The notes under the pieces are model-generated. The model saw only the letters and a list, made by a program, of their open reading frames with translations, was not told the origin of the DNA and did no database searches. This document shows, piece by piece, positions 56,883 to 64,000 of a DNA stretch of 64,000 bases; the first letter of the stretch is position 1; the number at the start of each line of letters is the position of its first letter. Source of the stretch: Podarcis erhardii (lineage: Eukaryota); assembly GCA_964252035.1 (NCBI GenBank), contig OZ176206.1. One strand, written 5' to 3'. A program made the position numbers and the translations under genes.

Positions 56883-59400
56883 CCAGGCTAGGGCCTGTGG
56901 TTTCCTGACAAATTGCTTGCAGTTTACTGGTAGGCAGGGATTGCTTTAGCTGAAAGATAACTTGAATACTGATAGAATATTATTTTCTCTACCCCCCCCC
57001 TTATTTATCCCTTTCTTGTACCCGTTCTTCTATCTCCTAGTGTAATCTACTGAGCAACCCCCCCCCTTTATTAGAGGGAAATGGGAGCTCAATAAACACC
57101 CTAGCTGGACTCCTCCTGGCAACAAAGTTTCCATGAAGCCTTTTTGCCCCAGAGAGGATTCTAATATGCCCCTCCAGCTTCTCATCTCCAATTGGAAAAA
57201 ATAAAAATAAAGGGGCAAAATGGTCTTTCCAAGTACAAAGTACGAGACCATTGTAACTTTTAGTGGGTGGCTTAGGCCCACCACCTGGAACCCAGGGCAC
57301 AGCGGCCACCTCAGGGATCCTATAAAAATAATAATCTAGGACCAAATGCACCAGCACCTCAAGGTTCCTGCTTGTTCTCCCCACCATTTATATACAAATA
57401 AACCCGGAGGGCTTTTGTTAATGAAGGACACTCCTATTATATGCTATATAAACAAAAAGAGCTGGTGCCCTTCATTTCCTTTGAGCTTCAATCAGCCCCA
57501 GCCAGCACAGCTGTATTGTGCTGGTGCTATGGGAGCTGTTGGGAATTGTAGTTCAAAGCACCTGAAGGGCACCAGTTTTGGGAAGGCTGCCATAGTAGCT
57601 AAGAAACTCAAGTTTCCAGATAATTTCACCTGAACTCCTCTTGTCCAGCTATAATCATTAGCTTTATATTGCCATCTGTGCACATGACACTTTACAAAGA
57701 ATAGATCCTTGGCCTGAAAACTACACAAGAGAGACGGCAGTGAAAGGGGAGACAACTAGGCCTAAACTGTTTATCTCATTTTAATCCTATCCTTCCTCCA
57801 AGGAGTGCTTGCCATCCCCAGGGAGACTTGCCTGGCACATTGGTTGTTATCTTACATACCACATAAACCCTATCTTATTCACTCAGGTCTTTGGTGGGTA
57901 ATTTTAATTACAGTACTGGTTGTGGGTCACCACCACCATCATGTAAAAAATATTTTTAACTGCCACCCTAGGGAGTTTTTGCTTCTCTTGTTAGTTGCAC
58001 AACTAACTAAAGACTAATTTGTTTTGAGACAATTTTTAGTAGTAAGCAACAAATAATAATAGTAATAATTGTATATAATGGCAAATTGTTCTTATTTGTA
58101 GAAGAAAGGCAGTACACAATTTGTTGAAAAGAAATAAATACATTTAAGCCATTTAGTCTTTAGTGTGTGTTGAAATTTAGCCTACGCCTATCTTAGCAAG
58201 GCCACTCTTGTGCTCCTATATAGCTTGTGCTATTTATAGGATGGATATTCCTCTTTTTTCTCTTTCTTTCTCATCTATCTATTCCTCCACTCCCTTGCTC
58301 CACAGGGAATTTCCAGAGGAAATACGCTTGGCTGATAAAGCAGCCAGTGAATTCATGCCATCTGCTTTCAATCAGTGACTCTCTGAGAGTCGGCTTCACA
58401 CAAGTTGGTGGGTCCAGTTATTCTAGCATGAGGCTACCATATACATACCTATATTTCAGAAATAATGCTTAATGCAGTACACACACATATATGTACTAGC
58501 TCGGAGTAGATTTGGAGCTGTAGGGGGTGTAGATTGTAGACTGGGGAAATGCTGAGTACCACCTACTCTGCAAACTAGGGGTTGTGCCTGTGGTGCTGTT
58601 GCTTGTATCCTGAGAAAATTCCTTTCATCCAGAGTGTAGGCTTCTGTTATTTTACATCTCCATAGATCCTGATCACAAAACATAAATTTGTAGTAGCACA
58701 TCTCTTTGTTTAAAGCACCCCTCTCCCTGGCCACAAATTCTCCCTTCCTCCTCTCCCTCCCTCCATTTGGAGTCTTTCTGGGGCAACTGCCAAGAAACGC
58801 AGGAAGCCCAGGTGGGATCCAAGGGGTAGAGGACACAGAGGGGCTTTTCGTCTGCCTTCTTCCAGCTGCTACCTTTGACAGTTGTTTTGCAGCTGCCCTC
58901 ACTTTAGATTATTTATTTACTTAACTACATTTGTAGAACCATATTTGTATAAGCTCACAACATAAAATGTTCACATACAATAAAAATAACAAAATCAAAC
59001 AAGTTTCTGCCTACAAAATTCCAGCAGAAAGCATAAAACCAGGTGTCTGAAAAATCACACATGCACAAAACCAAAGCCAAAGATATTTTTTTTTAAAAAA
59101 AAACAACCCTAGGGGAATTTTTTAAAAGTCTTCACCTGACACCAGAATGTAACCACAAATAAGCCCCCCTTTTCCCTTGTGTGCCATGTTTTTCTTTTCT
59201 AGATTACAAACCTGTAGGCTAGGGATTGCCTGTTTTGGTAGTATGTAAACCTCTCTGGGAGCCTTTTTGGCTGAAAAGCAGGGTACAGATGCTCTAAATA
59301 AAGAATATATGATAGGGGTTTAGAGGAATCAAAACATTTCACATATGTACAGTGACAGACTGATGGGAGTTGCAGCCCAAAACATCTGAAGAACACCAGG

Positions 59401-59932
59401 TGTCATGAACTGGCAGGACAATGAGGAGAGAGGACAACCCAGCAAGATGTGTAGCCGTGACTGGTACACACCGGGGCAAGCTGGGAGTGGAGAAGGAGAG
59501 GTTGGGGGGCATAGAAAGTACTCAAGGGCAACAGAGGATGGTGAGGGGATGGGGGTCAGTACACAGGAACCAGAGGAGCAGGACTTGTCCCGAGAGCCAG
59601 AGGGGCCCCTGTGTCCATGAACACAGCAGGCTTGGAGGCATAGGAAGCAGCGGGGGGTAGCTGGCCAGGTAGAGGCTTGTTAGCTCTGGAAGGAGGTATG
59701 TGAGTCCTCAACTGGAGTAAGCTCAGGAAAGGTAGGGTCACATGCTTTGTTAAACCCAGATCCTGCAGTCAACATTCATGGTATAAAAATGAAGTAGGAG
59801 GTGAGGAGGTCTGCTCAGCTTCCCACATTGATGGACCTTGGTTTGGATGTTCTAGGAGCTCTACAGGACTACTTTTGGGGACTGTATGTACCAGTGGAGA
59901 CTTGCTGCCAGGTGCGCTAGGGGTTCAGGACA
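59401..59932. mobile_element. Solo LTR (532 bp), probably Gypsy-type
   Basis: TGTCATGAAC...GTTCAGGACA (9 of 10 inverted termini) flanked by the 5-bp TSD CCAGG (59396-59400 and 59933-59937). Confidence 0.8.
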
Positions 59933-60545
59933 CCAGGAGGGCAAAGACTGTGCTAGAGCCTTCATACTGTTAAGGCATCACATTTTCTCAATCAACAGAA
60001 AGCAAAATTAAAACATGTTTCCCATGCAATGCTCTCTCTTATGGCCAAGATGCTCCTGTAATGTTTACTCACAAGTGAATTCCATTCAGCAAAGATCCTT
60101 TGGAATGTCAACTGAAAGTGTCCACCCAGCATGTTATGCCCAATATCAGTTTGTTCCCAACCCAGGGGGTGTGTTCTATTCACAATACAACAATTGTTTT
60201 AAATTATTTCAAGAAACTGCATTATGAGCCCCTTGTGGTCCATGCGCATCAGCTGGAAAAATGGAATAAGCCCCACCTATGCTGCTGATGCACCCAGTGG
60301 CCCTCCACACTGGTGCCATTCCATCAGTGTATACATGTACACTGAGGTATGTGTGTAGAGATCCTCCATGCAAGGGGAGGAGGATGGCCTTGTTTGGGCC
60401 TTGTTTTGGAACTCTTCAAGTCGTTGCCCTAGAAGTGAATACAAAACTAAGCTAGATGGATCAGTGATGTGACTGAGTATCGATACAGGTCTTGGGTCTG
60501 ATCCAGCAGGGCTCTTCTTAGGCATAGAAGTTTATTAAATAAATA

Positions 60546-60940
60546 TGGACCATAAAGAAGGCTGATCGCCGAAAAATTTATGCTTTTGAATTATGGTGCT
60601 GGAGGAGACTCTTGAGAGTCTCATGGACTGCTAGACGATCAAATCTATCCATTCTTCAGGAAATCAGCCCTGAGTCCTCACTGGAAGAACAGATCCTAAA
60701 GCTAAGGCTCCATACTTTGGCCACCTCATGAGAAGAGAAAACTCCCTGGAAAAGACCCTGATGTTGGGTAAGATTGAGGGCACAAGGAGAAGGGGACAAC
60801 AGAGGATGAGATGGTTGGACAGTGTTCTTGAAGCTACCAACATGAGTTTGACCAAGCTGCGGGAGGCAGTGGAAGACAGGAGTGCCTGGCGTGCTCTGGT
60901 CCATAGGGTCACGAAGAGTCAGACACAACTAAACAACAAC
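60546..60940 (+). mobile_element. BovB (RTE) LINE 3' fragment
   Basis: FGHLMRRENSLEKTLMLGKIEGTRRRGQQRMRWLD; 3' gtccatagggtcacgaagagtcagacacaact(aac)n. Confidence 0.95.
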
Positions 60941-61039
60941 AGGTATATTTATCTTTTAATTTGGCTTTGTTCAAATATTTTATCAGCCTTGAAGCTTGCT
61001 ATAGGGAAGGTTCATAACTCAGCAGTAAGTACATTCTTC

Positions 61040-61540
61040 TTATTCAGAAGGCCACATGTTCAACCCTTTGGCTGCCAATTAGCCACTGGGCAACATTCAA
61101 GGTGCTGGTGGTAGTGGTATACAAAGCCCTATACAACCTGGGACCAGGTTACCTAAAATATTATCACCTCTCTTGAATACCTTACCAACTATTGTACTTG
61201 CCATAGCTGTCAACCTTCCCTTTTTTTGCGGGAAATTCCCTTATTCCAGCGCCGTTTCCCGCTGCTTCCCGCTGCTATCCCGGATTGTTAGATATCCTGT
61301 AGACTGTCCCCGGGACAGGTGAGGCTGCTGATCCCTTATTTTCAAATCTGAAAGTTGACAGCTATGGTACTTGCAGGAGAGGGCATCCTACTGATATCAC
61401 CTCAGCAAAGGCTCATTTTGTGTGATGTCAGAATCGGACTTCTAGTGTGGTGGCACCTCCTACCCTTTGGAACGTAATTCCATTACATATCAGATGGACC
61501 CCATCTCTACTGTCTTGTTGGAATCTGTTGAAGACTTGCT
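61040..61540 (+). mobile_element. L2 3' fragment interrupted by a MITE
   Basis: WLPISHWATFKVLVVVYKALYNLGPGYLK resembles the L2 ORF2 C-terminus. Confidence 0.75.
61202..61366. mobile_element. hAT MITE (165 bp) nested in L2
   Basis: Perfect 13-bp TIR CATAGCTGTCAAC/GTTGACAGCTATG and perfect 8-bp TSD GTACTTGC. Confidence 0.93.
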
Positions 61541-61828
61541 TCTGTGATGGACAGGCCCTGGGTCTGCCTCCAGGTGACCCAGAGACCAGCGGGAGCTGGT
61601 AGGACCATCACTCAATCTGAACAGAGAGTGGGGAGTTTAAGTGAAGTGACAGTTTAACCATCAGGTAGGAGAGAGGGACTATATGTGAAGGATAGACAGT
61701 GACTGTCAGTGTGGGCAGTTGGGGTTTGGACTATCTGAGTTCGGTTAACTGGGCAACCCACTTTTGATTCCTTCAGGGAATATTAAATCCTAGAAGAGGC
61801 TGAGCAGATGGGAAAAGCCTACCATGCC

Positions 61829-61974
61829 CAGTGCATTTTTTTTCTAAAAAAATGTTTAGGGGTACTCTCATTTTCCTACTCATATTGAAATACTGCCTCT
61901 CAATGAGGCCAAACTTAGATTCACAAAATGTTATGGGTATGCGTACCCATGTCCCCCCAGAAAAAAAAGCACTG
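61829..61974. mobile_element. hAT MITE (146 bp)
   Basis: TIR CAGTGCATTTTTTTTCT...AGAAAAAAAAGCACTG; TSD accatgcc/accttgcc (7 of 8). Confidence 0.85.
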
Positions 61975-62439
61975 ACCTTGCCACTTGTTCCGATTCAGCA
62001 ATAAACCATGGAAAGCATATGGGGAAAACAGAGGTGTGGGTGACTTGATGAACTCTGGTGTTTTGTGCCTAATTTGTGAAACCATCAAGCTCGAAATCTA
62101 GAGAAAGTGTAATTAAATAAACATTTCAGTTTTATTCCAGAAGTGCCTCCTTATCCTTTGAACCTCTGAGGATTGAGTGGACACTGGGCAGAAGTACAAT
62201 ACCTAGCTGCTGTTTGATCATAAACGCTATGACAAATAGCTATTCGAGACCTCTTATGCATTAATAACAGGGAGTTTTTATCTAGTAAATCAGAAAATTG
62301 GAAATTGGTCATGTTGCCCTGCTCTTATCTTCAGTGAGGGTCTCTTTCAACAACCCTTCTGCGTGGAGATGATTATTTCAGCCAGTATCCATACTGGATT
62401 TGAAATTGTTTTTATATTTGTAATTCTTTTAATATTACT

Positions 62440-62870
62440 CTTGGGGTTGGTCCAGAGGGTGCAACTGGTGCAGAATATGGCGGCTAGGTTGCTTGTAGTG
62501 GGGAAACTACCACCAACATATAGCAGCACCCTGCTTCTGGGATTTGCACTTACTGCCAGTCTGTTACCAAACAAAGTTCAAACTGGGATACTAACATTTA
62601 AGTCCCCACATAGCTGAGAACCAGGTTACTTGAGAGGCTGCCTATTTTGCATCCAACAGGCCACCATGGTCTGCAGGAGAGTTTAACCTGCATGTTCCAA
62701 AAAACTCGGAAGCCCCTTCCACAGAAACTCGGAACAGGGCTTTTGTGTGGTTGACTCTTTTGTGGAAGAGCATACCTGTCCAGTTCTGCCAGGCACCCAC
62801 TATCTGCACTTTCCAGAAACAACTGAAGGCATTTTTGTTCCGATGGCCATTCCCTAGCTGGATAAATATA
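62440..62870 (+). mobile_element. L2 3' fragment
   Basis: VQLVQNMAARLL...ILTFKSPHS resembles L2 LQLVQNAAARLL...LTFKALHG. Confidence 0.75.
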
Positions 62871-63339
62871 CTACGAGCCTTGTTTTAAATGTATTTGTTG
62901 TTCTTGTGCTTTTAAATATCTTATGTGTAAACTCACCTCGAGACGACGGTTTAGAAGGCGATTAATTTATTACTCATTATAATGTAAATGATTTTAACTA
63001 TTTTTGTACATGCAGTTGTTTTAACTGTTTCACAGATTTTTTTTTTTATGGTATTGTGAAATTTCTCCAAGATGCTTTAAAGGAAGTAATTTGTGATAGA
63101 AATAATATGATAGCTGCATTAGTATGTAATGAGAGTGTCTATTAACGAACTATAAAGGAATTTATTCTGGCTTGCTGGGTAGACTTCCATCCTCCCTGTA
63201 AGACCCCTTTGGCCCTATCCCCGATCTGAGGCTATGTGCATTATTTTGCTAGCAGGTTCACGATTATGGAGCTATAATAACCAGAGCAAGCAAGCAAACC
63301 TTTAAAACAATACACAGAAATATTTCCTTCCCATTGACA

Positions 63340-63830
63340 CTAACCCACCCCGCGCCCGCTTTATCACAGCGCCTCAAGATGAGGGAACTACAATCCCCAT
63401 CAGGCCATAGGCACGGCGCATGCTCTGTGGGAGGGGAAGGGTAGGGGGGCGATGAAACCGCCGCACAGGCGCAGCTGAACATGCTGGGCTAGCTCCGCCT
63501 TCTTTCGCTTGCGGCTGAAGCTGCGATTGGCGGCTGGCGATGCTCGGGGAGTTTGGGCGGCTCCTGCGAAGCGTGTGTCTATGTGTGTGTGTCAGGCTAG
63601 GTAGAGCCGTGCAAGGCAAGGGACCGGCTGGAAGGTGAGCAGCACAGGGAGAATGGAAGCGGCTGCTACTGCGGTTTTTGGTGTTGCTGCTCCGCCTTTG
63701 CATTGAGGGGGAAGAGGAGGAAGCCTTTCCTGGCTAGCCGTGCGTGAGCATAGGTGGGCGCTGCCAGAAAGGGCCACTGCCCTTCCCCTCCTCCGGAGAC
63801 TGCTGGACCTGGCTGGTACCCGCCTCTTCT
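63340..63830 (+). promoter_or_regulatory. CpG-rich promoter with probable non-coding first exon ending at 63634 (candidate ZBTB8B, by human synteny only)
   Basis: ACTACAATCCCC (ZNF143/THAP11-type) at 63387-63398, GCGCATGC (NRF1-like) near 63416, reverse CCAAT near 63526, strong donor GAAG|gtgagc at 63634/63635. No coding sequence is recognisable, so gene identity is inference. Confidence 0.6.
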
Positions 63831-64000
63831 CCCCCCTCCCATTTCCCCCCATTACAGGCTTAATGGGGAGGGGGGAAGCATTGGCCCAAGAAGCCTATCC
63901 TGAGCTTCTCCTGTACCTGTGATATTTCATCTTCTGTAGAAATCAGAAGGAGGTGAAGGCTGTAACAGCAGAGAGAGAAACCTTTTTGTCACCTGTGAGC

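Larger units (their letters stand above)
55250..57370 (+). mobile_element. 3'-truncated class I (gamma/epsilon-like) endogenous retrovirus: LTR, PBS, leader, decayed gag matrix
   Basis: Splice donor AC|GTGAGT at 56123; ATG GGA (MG) at 57081; across two frameshifts and two stops reads PLQLLISNWKK..IKGQNGLSKYKVRDHCNF*WVA*AHHLEPRAQRPPQGSYK, resembling class I matrix PLGCILKNW...FCNTAW...WPPEGS. Confidence 0.72.

Noticed and set aside
59405-59660. 71-79-aa ORFs
   Set aside because: They lie inside the solo LTR.
61543-62222. Possible further solo LTR (TGTGATGG start, AATAAA near 62115)
   Set aside because: No convincing CA terminus or TSD, so not called as a feature.
62363-62617. 84-aa ORF with a transmembrane-like stretch (candidate microprotein)
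   Set aside because: The C-terminal half is a decayed L2 ORF2; the hydrophobic part is T-rich flank.
63592-63922. ORFs at the right-edge promoter
   Set aside because: No BTB or other domain; consistent with a non-coding first exon and intron.

Overview
Vertebrate genomic DNA, almost certainly a squamate reptile and probably a lacertid lizard (full-length Sauria SINE, BovB, CR1, L2, squamate L1, abundant hAT and pogo-like MITEs). All exons were mapped by hand from GT/AG junctions and reading phase. Four protein-coding genes: KPNA6 (minus strand, exons 1-11, 3' end off the left edge), FAM229A (minus, a 73-aa two-exon microprotein missed by the ORF track), TSSK3 (plus, complete, 268 aa) and BSDC1 (minus, complete, 11 exons, 451 aa). 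A fourth promoter with a non-coding first exon near the right edge may be ZBTB8B, by synteny only. Between the BSDC1 promoter and that promoter is a TE-dense block: a truncated class I-like endogenous retrovirus (5' LTR, tRNA-Arg-like PBS, long leader with two tandem arrays, decayed gag start), a solo LTR, BovB, L2 and nested MITEs. Best leads: the short ancestral-start FAM229A head-to-head with TSSK3; the ERV next to the BSDC1 promoter; an apparent inversion breakpoint relative to human between KPNA6 and FAM229A; a MITE palindrome with a compensatory change; MITE-borne ACTACAnnTCCCA promoter motifs. I found no wholly new multi-gene system. Comparisons with human sequences are from memory and need database confirmation.
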